Assembly: GCF_009914755.1 (NCBI RefSeq)
Contig: NC_060932.1
Length of the DNA: 64,000 bases
Reading direction: 5' to 3' (one strand)
Source: the human T2T-CHM13v2.0 reference genome, Homo sapiens
The notes under the pieces are model-generated. The model saw only the letters and a list, made by a program, of their open reading frames with translations. It had not been told where the DNA came from and did no database searches. Of this stretch, positions 13,127 through 27,980 are shown piece after piece. How positions within the stretch are numbered: the first letter of the stretch is position 1; each line of letters starts with the position of its first letter. Made by a program: the position numbers and the translations under genes.

Positions 13127-13998
13127 TTGTTAATGTAGGAAAAACTAAACCAAAGTGTCTTTTCTATTCTCTCATTTAACAGTAGTCAACACAGAAGACT
13201 TCTGTGACCTCTAGTCACCAAGAAGTGTGTGGGGATTTCTCACTACCAACAAATAAACCATCAGTTCTGCAGCTGACACTAGCTGGGTGTCCTCTAATTC
13301 AATGCTACTCTGACACTGTCTACCTGGAGATACAGTCAGATCCCTCAGCTTGAGAGCTCAGTCCCTAAGACTGTTTCCTCCCCTCACTGCAGATGCCAGT
13401 CACAAGCTCCAGTTTGTTGCGTCTGTGCTTCCAGCCAGCTGGCTATAAATTGGGGTTCCCTCAACTTCCCCCTTGGGTTTGATTAAGTTGGTAGAGTGAT
13501 TCACATAACTCAGGAAAACACTTACTTACATTTACCATTTACCAGTTTATTATACAGAATATTGTAAAGAATACAGATGAAGAAATGTGTAAGGTAAGGC
13601 ATGGGTGGTGGGGGACAGAGCTTCTATGCCCTTCCTGGGTGGGCCGTCCTCCAGGAAACTCTGTATATTCTGTTACCCAGAAGCTCTCTGAACCCAATCC
13701 TTTTGGGTTTTTACAGAGGCTTCATTATATAGGTGTGATTGATTAAACCATCGGACCCTGGTAATCAACTTAACTTTCAGCCTCTCTCCATCCCCAGAGG
13801 TTGTGGGGTGAGGTTGAAAGTTCCAAACCTCTAATCATGATTTGGTCTATCCAGTGACCAGCCCCCATCCTGAAGCTACCCAAGACTGGCAGCCAGCAGT
13901 CAACTCATTGGCATACAAAATACATAGTTTGGAGGCTCCACTGATTTTCAGTGTGGTACCCCAGGAAAGTGGATGAAGACCAAACATGTATTTCATGA
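13127..13998 (-). mobile_element. MER21-family LTR
   Basis: 'ctgggtgtcctctaattcaat...ctgacactgtctacctggagata...tcagatcc', 'gaagctctctgaacccaatcc'; ends 'gaagaccaaacatgtatttca'. Confidence 0.85.
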
Positions 13999-14719
13999 AG
14001 CCTTCTATTTCAGTAGTAAGAAAAATACTAAATTATAATACGAATTTTTTTATACCAGCAAAGCAGTTGCATTTGCATCTTTAAAATGCAAGTGCAACTT
14101 CTTTTTAGAGATCTATTGCATTTTAAAGATGCATTTCATCACTTATTACAGCCAAATGACTTGCCCAGGCATTAGATTTTCTGTTGCAGTGATAGTAGGG
14201 ATTTAAATAATGATTATCTTCTCTTTGACCTGGTGAATTTCTTATTACCCTGCATATAGACATGGTTGGATTGTACTGACTTTGCAAATACCACACAACT
14301 GAAGTTGGATTTCTGTTGTCCTTCAATCAACCATCTACCTAAGCCTCAAACCATTTTGTTTTGCTTAAAAACAGAATGAGTTTGGCAAACCTAGAAAAGT
14401 ACACAAAGGATCATCCATGGATATAGGATGGAAGATGTATGAATATGGACCAACAACAGTGTTTATTTTAATAATTCTAATATTGTTATAAGTTGTCATA
14501 AGCTTATTTTCGTAATTAGAGAATAGTCTTCAATTTACACTGAATGCATGTTTGGCAAATATACTAATGTTATATATGTACTTCTCTTGTTCAGGGCAGT
14601 CACTTGTTTTAAGTAACATGTTTATCTTTATTAAAATATGAATTTCATGTGGTTTTACAGCAAGGTTATTGGTTAAATCAATATTCTCAATTAATGAAAC
14701 TAGTGACATCATCATCAAG

Positions 14720-14945
14720 AGCAATAGCTAGCATTTGTTGAATCCTGACTATGTGTCAGGCATTATTTTAATCACTTCATATATTTTAACTCATTTAATC
14801 TTCACAATGGCTCTACTATATAGAAACATGTATTAACCCAATTTTGCCAGAGGGTTGAGACACAGAGATTTTAGGGAACTTAGGCAAAGTTACATAGCTA
14901 GAAATTACAGTCAGTGATTGCAAAGCTTGTGCTCTTAACTTCTAT
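14720..14945 (-). mobile_element. MIR SINE
   Basis: 'gctagcatttgttgaatcctgactatgtgtcaggca...tcatttaatcttcacaa...gagacacagaga...gttacatagctag'. Confidence 0.7.
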
Positions 14946-17079
14946 TTTATCTTGTATCTGTAAAGATATTTACTAACCAAGTTAAGTGTCCTTAGAGCAT
15001 ATTTTTATAGTATAAAAATTGGGAAAAAATTAAGATAAAGAAAAAAACCCATAATCCTACTGCTGAATGAGAGCTCTGTTAACATTTTGAGGTACACATA
15101 TTTAGGCTTTTTCCCTCCTTTACATACATTCACATAATTTGTATTATAAATGCTCTTTTAAATTAATTTTATTCAATTAATATATTTTAAAACTTTCCCC
15201 ATGGTATTATTTCATTATTATTTTAAATGGCTACATTAAGATATGGATATTTAGGCTTGAAATAAGTTTAAACAAACCTATTGTCTTCTTAAATCTCCAG
15301 TCATATTTCCATGAAGGATGGCAGCTCTTAGAAGTCATGGAAGCAAAGAACAGTACCCCTCAGGACCATTGTAAGAAAATGTCTTCTTTGAGAGTTCTTA
15401 AGACTATTAGCACATCTGAGGACATTTTCCTAAGGATTCATCTTGGTGTAAGGACACACTGGGGATATTTTAATTTGTAGTGATTTGTTGTTGTTGAGCA
15501 TTAAACAGTATATACCTCTTGAATTTGCTAAGGAATGTGTGAGCATACAGTGCTGGTAACACTACATTAGTTAACTCTCTTTACCTTTCAAAACTGATTT
15601 AATGAAGGTATTTTAATGCCGTTTCATAGATAAGAAAATGAAGTGCAAAGTAGTTAACTTGACTAACAACAAGTAAGTGAAGGAGACATAATTTAAGCTT
15701 TAGCACAGACAATCTGTCTCTTATAGTGAGGCAGTATAACAATAAATATGTGGAGGAGATTTCTAAAATTTCCAGTGTATGTTAAGAAAACAATGTATTT
15801 TATGATGTTTTAGAGAACTGCCCATTATAACCAACTGATAATGAAATTCTTCATCTTTCCATGCTATCATATTTTTCCCTTGTCAGCACACTGACCTAGG
15901 AATCAAGAAATTTTGGTTCTAATACTCGCATTTCCACCTTTCTGGGTCTCAAGTTTTTATCTTTAACATAAAAGGTTAGAAAACTTGAAAATCTTAAAGT
16001 CTCTTCTTGGTTCAGAGAGATTAGCTTTATGGAGTTGTAGAGCCTGTGTAGAAGCTTTATAAAGTGGTTTAGAGTCAATTGACCTCATTGGAGAAAAAAA
16101 GTAGTCAGTAAGTTCTTCACCTCTGCAAAGTGCAGACTGAATGTGGAGAACAGAATTGTTGTTTTCTTAGCTGTGGCTGTAGCAGGCTGTTACTGATTAC
16201 CCTCATAAGATGTTTTGAATTTGTCTTGGAGGAGGTGGCTTTCAGCCTGACTTTCAGGCTGGCTTTGGGTCATCCTGAGTAAGAACAAGACTGGTAGTAT
16301 ATGCTGCCAAATGTAAAATTATATAACTGCCCAGGAGAGCTGTCACACGTGGAGGATACTAGAGGCTGCCATGACAATATTAGCCAAAAAATGATAAACC
16401 ACAACGTGATAGAAGGAAGAATCCTCACTTTATAGTTGAGCCCCGAGTAAGTGAGGAAAGTTGTGCAAGTTTGTAACTTCAGTGTGATGGTTGAGGATGG
16501 AATTAAAGTCTCCTGACTGCTTATGAAACCTCCCACCTATATGTGTTTACGCAAAATGTCATGGCCCTTACATCCTTTTGTTTCCATTGCTATGATGGTT
16601 CTGGATTGTAATCCTATAAGAATATGATCACTTAATGAATTTATGTTCATTATATTTCATATGCAGCCTGAAATGCCTCTGGTTTCTTTATTAGCAAATC
16701 AACAGAAAACACTTGATAACCAGATTCAAGATTAGACAGCAAAGATCTACAGAAACAGATTAATATCATTTTATGGCATACTATGATCTTTTTTTAGGGA
16801 ATTAACTAATTACTGCTCAAGGAAGCATATCCAATAATATGCGGGTAAAAGGATATAAGCAAAAAGGTAGCAGTAAATAGCTGTGTTTTGGATTCCACAA
16901 GGCTTGTGTTAGGTGAGGTCTTATTCAGCATAGTTATGATGTGGTAAAGAGAGTACATTGCCCACTAATACACATTTCAGGCATTATAAATTGGGAAACT
17001 TGCAAATGCAAATAAGAAAGGATGGGTAAAATCAATATGCTTAGTGAAGAAGGGATCTTAAGAAATTTTTTTAGAAAGG

Positions 17080-17182
17080 ATATGGGACCCTAAAACTATT
17101 GAAGTAACAAGAAATTAGGACAAGAAACTAATATGGGACCCTAAAACTATTGAAGTAACAAGAAATTAGGACAAGAAACTAA
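17080..17182. repeat. Perfect 51-bp tandem duplication
   Basis: atatgggaccctaaaactattgaagtaacaagaaattaggacaagaaacta occurs at 17080-17130 and 17131-17181. Confidence 0.97.
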
Positions 17183-17769
17183 CAGTGATAGAGGAAGGGT
17201 ACTGGCTTGTTAGATTTGGGCTCACCGTTTGGCAATCCATCTCTAAACCCCATCACAACTTATTTATAATAATAATCTTGGTGCTGATCATCATAATCTG
17301 GGTATGCAGATTTACCTACATAATTTTAGGCAAATTGGTTAACCCCTCTGGACATTTAATTCCTCATCTGTGAAGGAGTTACACAAGAATACATTTATTG
17401 GTTTAAATAACTACTGTTCAATAGAGAATTTTTAAATTAGCATCTGTAGCTCTGTTAGGAGGGAAAAATGATGATGTTTTATGATTTCAACACATGACTT
17501 CATTTCTTTGAGCTATGTGACAGTCATGCTTTCCTCCATTATTCATCAATACTCCCCACTGCTTAAAGTTGCAAATATCTAGGGCTGGGCTACACAAAGG
17601 GAACTGAGAGATAGCCCACCCTTCCGTGCAAATTTTATTGATAAGAGTGATGTGGTCCAGAGACATGAGACACCTTGTCCAGGGGTGGTTAATGGTGGAG
17701 CCTGAAGGATGAGCAGGTCATGATTCTCAGCACAGAACTCTTTTTCTCTTGTAGAAAAGATAGCAAATA

Positions 17770-18108
<339 letters not shown>

Positions 18109-21100
18109 TCATGCCAACTCAGATCAGTTGATAGTACCTGCCAGTTGAGAAAATTTGTAAGGACGTAGTACCTAGGTACTACATAAAACACTATTGCTAT
18201 TAATAAATAATTATCACTATCAGTAATTATTCATTAGTACTGTCTGCTATATTAACACCATAGGGAAATAGAAAATGTTTGCCACCTCCTATCAAGAATA
18301 TTCTTTAAACATATTCCTTCAAGATAAACGTTCAATATTTATTCTGCCTTTCTTGTATCTCTGTCACTCACAATATTACCTAATGCTATCTAACGTATTC
18401 TGTTCTTAGAGAAGTAAAATGTCTCAGTAGACCAAACTTAGATTTGATCATTACGAAAGATGTCATTCTCAGTGGCTGGATCTTCATGAGGTTTTCTTGA
18501 GCTGTTTTTCATTTCACCTGCTGCTGGATGTTTTAGGCTGCTGTATTCGCATCTGGTGGCCTGTCTCACTAGGATCTCATGGCTGCCCGGGCAGTGTCAC
18601 AGCTCTGAGTTCAGGTTGGCTCTAGTCTTGCCCTTCGCTACAGAATCGTGGAATACAGTGGGAGATGAAGAAGGCAGCACTCTTGCCCTTTGTGTTTCTA
18701 GTAACTTAAATTCAACTCCTGGCAGCCTACTTCACATTCTGATTTGGGCTTCTGATGTTGAGTGCTGAGGGAAGCTTTCTCCCACTGCTTACATGTTCTA
18801 GCTCCTTGGTTGGCTCCAAGGAGTTGTGATGGAATTTCTTGGCATACTTCAAGCCAGCAGCAGCCAGGTTGGCCTTTTCCCTCCACATCTTATAGCTTTG
18901 TAGGATTTTGGGAGAAAACTGACCTGGAACTAGTTACATGACCTTTTTCATTTATTTGGGTCTTAGTGCTCATCCTTGTCACCTCTTATTATTTAGAATG
19001 AAAAGCACATTACTCTTTAAGGAACTAGAGTATAAATTCAGAAACCTAGAACACATATATTAATACACAGAACTTTTTCTCTTTTCCTAGCTGTTCAAAT
19101 GTAATACAGTTTTATGTTCAAACTAAATGAATGCCTATTTATTCCTGGAAGTAAATTTTGTTATTTTCTAGTCCAGGCTCTTTGTTTTACACATGACAAA
19201 ATAGAAGCCCAGTACACAGGAGGGTTGAATGACTTGTTTAATGGCACATGGCCAAAGAAACAGAACAGAAAAAAAGAAATCAGAATTTGTCAGTTTTCTG
19301 TCTAGTGCATTCCAAATCACATGACACAACCATTATTGGTTTTAGAATTGGAAAAGTTTGGTTTATTTTTTAACTGACTACTCAGATTTTAAAAAAATTG
19401 TTTCGTTAATAGATTAGTAAAAATTTAATACTGCTGTTCATTGTAGGGCTTAGTAAGCCATTACTATGATAGATCTTTATTTTTGTTTTCTTTAAGTCTG
19501 TACTGGACATTGAAGTCTCTCTATGGTCTCTGGACTTACGTCTTGGCCTTACAGACTGTCCTGTTTCACCTTTGCCTCAGTCTTTGCAGTAATCTCCCTC
19601 ACTGAGAAGTCTGGAACATGCCAAATGTTCACAGTGAGGCTGTTAAAACTTCCAGCCCCATCCAAAACCTAGACTTGGAAACCATTGTCGCATTGCTTTC
19701 TGAGTCCACAGATAGCAAATGTGACAAGTCAAAAATGATGCCTAATGTTGAGCAAGGAGTCTTTAAAAAGCCCTACTCATGTTTCTAATTCTCACACCCA
19801 TGTAATTCACAGGCATCTGTCCACAGGTAGTTTGAGAACCTAACTATATTAAATTTCAATATTCAGCAAATAGCTCATAACCAATCATATCTGAATTAGA
19901 AAAGCATGTGTAAAGAACAATAGCACCAACTAGCACTCATAGCAGATTATTCCAGCTATGTTATAATAAGGCCCTTGGCAATAACTCAAGGTCTGTTTTT
20001 TCAAAATGTAAGGATTAGGTGTTCTTGAGGCAGGAAAGAAAAACAAGACTATTCTTTGCAGATGGAGAAAAAAATGAAGTAGATTCACTAGCAGAGTCAC
20101 TTTCATGGAAATTTGGAGCTCTGCTGCACAGTTTTAGTGTTTAAACAGGATTGGAAGTCCTTTGGGATGACATTTTCAATGCTGAAAGAGAAACACCTGA
20201 TAGAATTGAGTCTCAATGAAACAGAAAACCTGCTGAATTGAAAAGGGGCTTCACTCAGTGACTAATTTTCTAAAGTGAGTACCCCAAACTGTTAATAACT
20301 ATTTTAAAGCAGTTGGATGACTACATTCAAGATAAAAAATTATATGGGAATAAAAATTGTCAATATATCTGATTTTGGTAAAACTAAGCACACAATTTAA
20401 ATTTATCTTGGAAAACCTTAGTAGTTATTGGAATTACTTGAGAATCTATTGCAAGCAATCTAAATGAATTCTTCCAAAACATGTCACTGGAGCAGGTACT
20501 CAAGAAGTAATCTGAAGTAAACAAACAAAAACAAAGCTATATTTATCCTTCCTCTTTTCTGTGTAATACAATCCATGGGAAGACAAGAAGAAATTTATTT
20601 TCTACTTGTGAGATTTGGGGATGATGATGCTTTTTCTATCCTTATCACCATTTGTCAAGATACAACTTTCATTACTTTCCAGTACCACCTTTGAACAGCA
20701 TCTTCTTTTTTAGTATATTCTCCCTTCCTCCTTCCATCTCTCCATTCTTTCTTCCCTCCTCTTTTCTTCCCATATTTCCTTCCTTCCTTCTTTCTTTCAT
20801 TTTCTCTCTCTTTGGAATCTCTTCTCTTAACTTTATGTTTTCCCCAAGTGATCAGCTGTTTTTATACTTCTCTGCTGGTTCCTCCTAACAGAGTCTTTGC
20901 AGATTTTAAAGTAAAACCATAAAGAAGAAAACATAAATAGAATCTTCAGTGATTTCACAGCAGAAAGGCATGGTTTGTATTACTTTCTCTCAGAGGTATT
21001 TTTAATGGGGTAAATATTTATTTCCAGATGACCCAAATCTCTTTGTTATGTTTGCTGACAGAAACAGCAGCTCCTCCTTCTTTCTCTCTACAGTAATGAG

Positions 21101-21174
21101 ATTATGGACAGGGATAGACCTTCTTCATACTGCTCTGACAACAGACATTTTATAAACCAGGGACGGGCTATTTC

Positions 21175-21330
21175 AATTCAGTTTAATTCAAAAAAATAAT
21201 TATTGGATACTTACCACATCTAGGATATTGTTAGCTGTTATAAATGATACAAAGATAATTAAAACATTGTTCTTCCTCTCAAGGAATTTGTAATCTAGTA
21301 TGAGGGAAACTGTGTAAATAAATATCCAAT
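21175..21330 (-). mobile_element. L2 3' end
   Basis: 'ttcaattcagtttaattcaaaaaaataattattgga...cctctcaaggaatttgtaatctagt'. Confidence 0.6.
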
Positions 21331-21651
21331 CCTGGATGACTGCCACAACATAAAAACACACAAATGTTTAGGAACTCGGTAGACAAGCAAAGGAAGTAGA
21401 ATAGTAAAGATGAATGTCTCCTATTTGTCAATATTTTACTTCACCTCTGTGTTGTTTTGGGATATATCAAATAATGTCTTTTAAATTTAGAGTTATTGTT
21501 ACTTTATAATAATTATTATTATTGTCATAGGTAGTGTTAGGTTGTGTCATTTATGTAAATACTTATGGAGTAGTAACATGATATAGTAGTCTACCTCAGA
21601 AAGAGATTTATTGAGTCTATGATGCTGAATTATAGTTTTGTAATATGTTTC

Positions 21652-21971
<320 letters not shown>

Positions 21972-23234
21972 TAGCTTCTTTATCAGGTGCTGCAATAAAT
22001 TGTTTGCCCTAGATCGAGGTGGGGAGAGAGCCCTCTTAGGATGAGCTGTCACACAGTAAAAGATAAGATTTCCTGGATCAGTTTTCTAAAGTGACAGGCG
22101 TGTCCCCTAATCGAGACAGACAGTGCTCCATTTTGACAAATAGGCCAGACTTCTACGTGTGCATATTTGTTTTGTGTGTGTCAGAGTGAGGGTGAGGTTG
22201 AGGAGTCATTCTGTTCTTATTGGAAGTGAATCAGGCATAAAAGTGATAGAGCGCTTGAATGAGATGATTGCAGTTGAAAGACACAGCAATTAAGCAGATT
22301 TCAGACTTTAGAGAGCATGTCTTCCGGGAGCTATCCACGGTACTGAACTGCTTCTCCCTATATTGTCCTGTAACCCCGCAAAACAAACCTTCAAACATTT
22401 TAAAACCACAAGACATTTTAAAAACTGGCTTTGGTTATTCCTTACTAGACAAATTCTCTAACCTGTGTATTTCTAATACTTGTTATTTGTTTAATCTTGG
22501 CTAGGTCAGCCCATTTTTTTTTTGTTTGATATTACACATTCATCCATTTATTTATTCAACAAATATGTAGGTACAATCTTCCGTATGTTGGGCAGCCTCC
22601 TAGTGGTTAAGGTGCTTAGGTTTCTTATTATGTAATGCTAATTATTATTACTTTTGATTTTTCTGGGATTTACTCTAAGGAAGCAGATTTAATGATTAAA
22701 ATAATTCTACTTCGTGTGTGTTGTTTGAAGAACTTGGTTTCTGGCCCAAAGATGATGCTTTGTTTACAGTACCTAGAACAGCCCTTTGGCGTATCGTAGA
22801 CACTCAAGAAATTGTATTCACAGCATAAACATGTTTATTGTTGTGGAGTGATTTTGTATGAAATGTTACAAGGAAAATATATATTTTAAACCAACAAGTA
22901 ATCTTTGCAAAAAAAATTTTGAATAAGAAAAATATTGTTCTAAGTAATCTAGATGGAGCATACACCTAGCCTTAAAGAGTCTAGAATTGACATGTTGGGA
23001 CATTCTCATATGTTAAGACCACATTACAGGTTGACCAGAAAACTAGGAAGAAATAGACCAGATACTTCCTGCTCAGGCTTTTATGTGCATATAGAAGCTC
23101 AGTGATCTTTTTATTCTGTTTTACTCAGGCTATTCTGTATTCAGGTAGGATATCTATCACCCTTACTCTTCTCTAACCCCATCTTAAAAAACAAAGCGGC
23201 GGGGAGTTTTTCTTTTGATATCAGCAACAGATAA

Positions 23235-23570
<336 letters not shown>

Positions 23571-24299
23571 AGAAGGTGGAGTGCTATTCTTAACTGTCCT
23601 TTTGTAGTTCTTTGTTCTAAGAATTTGGAAAGACAAGTTAGTCCTGACTTCCATGGAAATGTTTTTTTTCCAACCAACATGGGTGTAATTCTGAAGGAGA
23701 ATTCTTTCTTACCAGTGACTCAGTCCCTCTGCAGGGCACAGAATCAACAGTATTCCTAGTGTTTGCAAGATCAGTGATTATATAGGGTCAGTATAGGCAA
23801 ACTCTCCATTTCCAATCCGTTGTTAATGAAATGTTATTTTTGGTGAAGTTCTGAGATAGACTGAATCTGAGCAGAATAAAAAAAAGTGGAATCAGCCTGA
23901 GTTCTAGCTTCTACCCCTATTTCTGTGATATGCTTCCTTATTGACATGTGGGCTTTGAAACTTGGTAACATCCAAATTGTATTATCACTCTCTTGAAAAT
24001 GTCATTGTTCCATGAAATTGTGAGACTTAACCATTTTTATTGATATCTCAGAGAAACCAAATCTTGAGAACTAAGAGCATTGGAGGATAAGCTCCTTTCC
24101 TAGAGATACTTACTCTACTTTTGGTCATGGACCAAATTTGGAGTTATTCCTGTGGATTTTTTTCTCTTGTTCCTTAAGGCAGTGATAGATGCTTGTTTAG
24201 TCACCATAAGTTGTGAGAATATGTGGTCTCAATAAAGACCCAGCAATACCTTGTTTTTCTACTCATTATCCAGCCCCAAAGTTTAAGATCTAAATGTTT

Positions 24300-25205
24300 C
24301 CTGGTGAGAATACAAAGAAAAGTGAGCTCTTATAGCCTGTTGATGGGAATGTAAATTAGTGCAGCCATTATGGAAAATAGTAGAGAGGCTTCTCAAAAGG
24401 CTAAAAATAGAACTACCATATGATCCAACAATTGCACTATTGGGTATTTATCCAAAGGAAACAAATTCAGGATATTGAAGAGATGTCTCCTATTTATTAC
24501 AGCACTATTATTTATTTATTTATTGCAGCACTGTATATTTATTTATTGCAGCACTATTTATTTATTGTTAACACTATTTATGGCAGCACTATTCACAATA
24601 GCCAAGATATAGAATCCACCTAGGTGTGCAAGCATGAATGAATAAAGAAAATGTATGTATACAGAATGGCTTACTATTCAGCCACCAAAAGGAATGAAAT
24701 TCTGTCATTCACAGCAATATGGATGAGTCTGGAGGGTATCATGTTAAGTGAAATAAGTAGGGCATAGAAGGATAAATACTGCATGTCCTTACTTATATGT
24801 GAGAGCTAACAAAAGTTGAGCTCATAGTAGTAGAGAGTAGAATTGTGGTTATTAGAGGCTGTGAGGGGGAGGGGGAAGAAAGGAGAGGGAACGGTTGGTT
24901 AAGGAAAGGAGAGGAGAGGTTAAGAGGTTGGTGCAGGGTTATAGCTGGGCAAGAAGAATACTTTCTAGTGTTATGTGGCACTGTAGGGTTAAATACAGCT
25001 GGAGATGATTTATTTATATTTTCAAAGATCTGGGGGAGAAGGTTTTCAATATTCGCAACACAGAGAAATGATGAATGTTTGAGGTGATAGATACGGTGAT
25101 TACCCTGATTTGATCATTATGCATTACATACATGTATTGAAATATCACTCTGTATACTATAAGTATGAATAATTATCATGTATCAACTAAAAATAAGAGG
25201 GAAAA
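24300..25205 (+). mobile_element. Old L1 (L1MA-type) 3' fragment
   Basis: 'gatgggaatgtaaattagtgcagccattatggaaaa', 'ttaccctgatttgatcattatgcatt'; ends 'tatcaactaaaaataa'. Confidence 0.88.
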
Positions 25206-27652
25206 GTTTCAAAACAATATCTATTTGTTGATTCCATCTGTATGGCTTAGTGATAATGTAATCTTTTGCTGTCTTGCATTGTTCCCATACTGGATTTCAT
25301 GACTAATATCTTTGCCTTTGACTGATTTGAATAAAAATATGTTAAATGAACAGAGAATCTTGACCTCCTTTCAGAGGCTGAAGGATTCCTTAATTTCTTT
25401 CCTCCATTTGCTTAGGAATCAGTGCCATTGACTGTTTGCTTTTAGTTAATACGGTTTTGTTTGCTTAATACAGAATATGTGCAATTTAAGTGTCATATGT
25501 ACATAATAAGATGTAATCTTTTAATTATATGATATAGCATAATTATTTCCATTTTATATATGACAAAGTTAATGTTTAAGAAAGTTAAATAACTCTAATT
25601 AGGAGTCAGGATTGAGAATCCAGACACAGATGGCTCTGACATCAGAATCACTGCTTTAAACCACTCTTCTTTTCTGCTTGCTTTAATATTCCTTTACTTC
25701 CTCCATAAAGTGCCACATCAGAATATAGAACAGGTTATTAATGGAAGAAATATTTCAATATTTTGAGTTTTTTGGGTGAATGAAAATTATAGAATTAAAA
25801 GCTGAACATCATTTTATTTGGCAGTTTCATCATTATGATTTAAAATAAATGCAGTTTTTGAAGTTTCCTAATTTATTCTCTTGAAATATATTTGGATTGC
25901 CACATGCTGTATATTCTAACACTTGGCCCTGGTAGGGTTTATTTGTATATGTGTGGGTGTACTTTAAATATAAAGATCTCACTGATTTTAACACACATTG
26001 GAAATATGCATAGGCAAACCCCAAACAACTTTTTATTCAATAGTGTCCATGTATCTCTAAACTTTTGATAGAAATTTGTTCCAATAATGGGGTTACTACA
26101 TAAGTTGAAGAAAGTCAAACTGAAGCAAAATTTGAAGGCTTCTATATTAATGATCAGTTTTAGGCGATACTTGCCAAAACCTAGTTCAGGATTAGAATAG
26201 GCTGTGTTGACATTTTAAGTGAGACATATCAGTTACTCTTTTTCAGAAAGTTAAAATAAATTCTCATAATGAAAAAATAAATGATAATTTTAGATTCTTT
26301 TAGAGAATTTACTACCTTTACAAATTAGGAAAATAATATTCACAGTATCCATGATTCCAACCAGTTAACATGTTGGTATATTTCTTTCAGTTATACACAT
26401 ACACATAATTAACATATAATTATATGAATTTATATATAATTTTGCATTCTAACTTTCTATTTGACATAATAACAGTCTTATTTTGCACTTTTATGATTTT
26501 CCAATGAGATATATCTATTAGCCATTTCTATTTTTTGAGTTGCCTGTTTTTTTGTGTATGCATAGATATATGTACGCCTGTATATATACACGTATGCATA
26601 CATATATATGTTTTTTGTTTTATAAAAAGAGATACCATATTTCTATTAATACCGTCACAGCTCTGATCCTTCTTTCTATTGTAGAGCTTCTATGCATGTA
26701 TTAAAATTTAATTTAGAACCAATCAAGGAAGAGGTCAATCTGAATAAGATAATATTTGTAAAGTTCTTGCCTGTATTATGTATAGCAACTAAAGCTACTT
26801 TATCCACAGCGATTTGAAGCCATGTTGAACCTATACAGGTTAATTGATGCAATTCTCTTGGAAACATCGTCATCTGTTGGCCTATAATGTTTTAAAAACC
26901 TTGGAACAGTCTCATTGTTTTAAGTATATCTCCTAGTTTTTTCCTTTAATTTGTTTGATGATATTTTTATTTTCTTAAGATCATCTTCAGCTGAATCCTG
27001 ACAACCCTACTACATGATCATAACAAAAAAAGCAATGAGGAGTCTCTATACCCTTTATTTTCATAGGAAAATATTCTAATATCCACAAATGTGATTAAAG
27101 GATAGAGCAGGTGGTGGGGCGAGGTAACATCTGATGTGAGAACGAAGAAGCAAACAGTTGTTATTTTTACTTTGGTCAGGTGAAAACAAGCAGTCATTAC
27201 ATGTCTAAATCTTGGGTATCTTTGGAATCATTTTCAGCCACCGTAGTAAGTTGTACGTGCTTGAGTGTTTTTAAAGCATGTCTTATAGTGACCAAATGTT
27301 TCTACCGCATTTATCTCAGTAAAGTTGACAGGATTCTATTAGGACGATCTTCACCTAATGAGATAAATATTCTAATTGTAATCATCCTCTTGGAATGCAT
27401 ATCTCTTCTGGGAATTAAAAGTGCTTTAAGTGGTGTTGCTAAACAAACATTTCTAAAGAGTAATCATAAAGTTAAATGCCTCACAATAGCACAATAGGCT
27501 TTTTAGTTGACCTGGTTTTTAATACTTTTTTCATTGCAAAATTTCTTATTCTGGAAAGTTTGGAAAAATGAGGAAAAAAATAGAAAGAAAAATGTCGAAT
27601 TTAAACATTTTGTCACTACCTAGTTAAAATCGGGGATAACATTGTGATTTAG

Positions 27653-27980
<328 letters not shown>

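Noticed and set aside
17080-17182. Repeats as a CRISPR-like array (also 8828-8910 and 24491-24595)
   Set aside because: Eukaryotic context, only 2-5 units, no unique spacers and no cas genes
22268-22504. 78-aa plus-strand ORF in unique DNA as a coding exon
   Set aside because: Weak polypyrimidine tract and donor, and no recognisable domain
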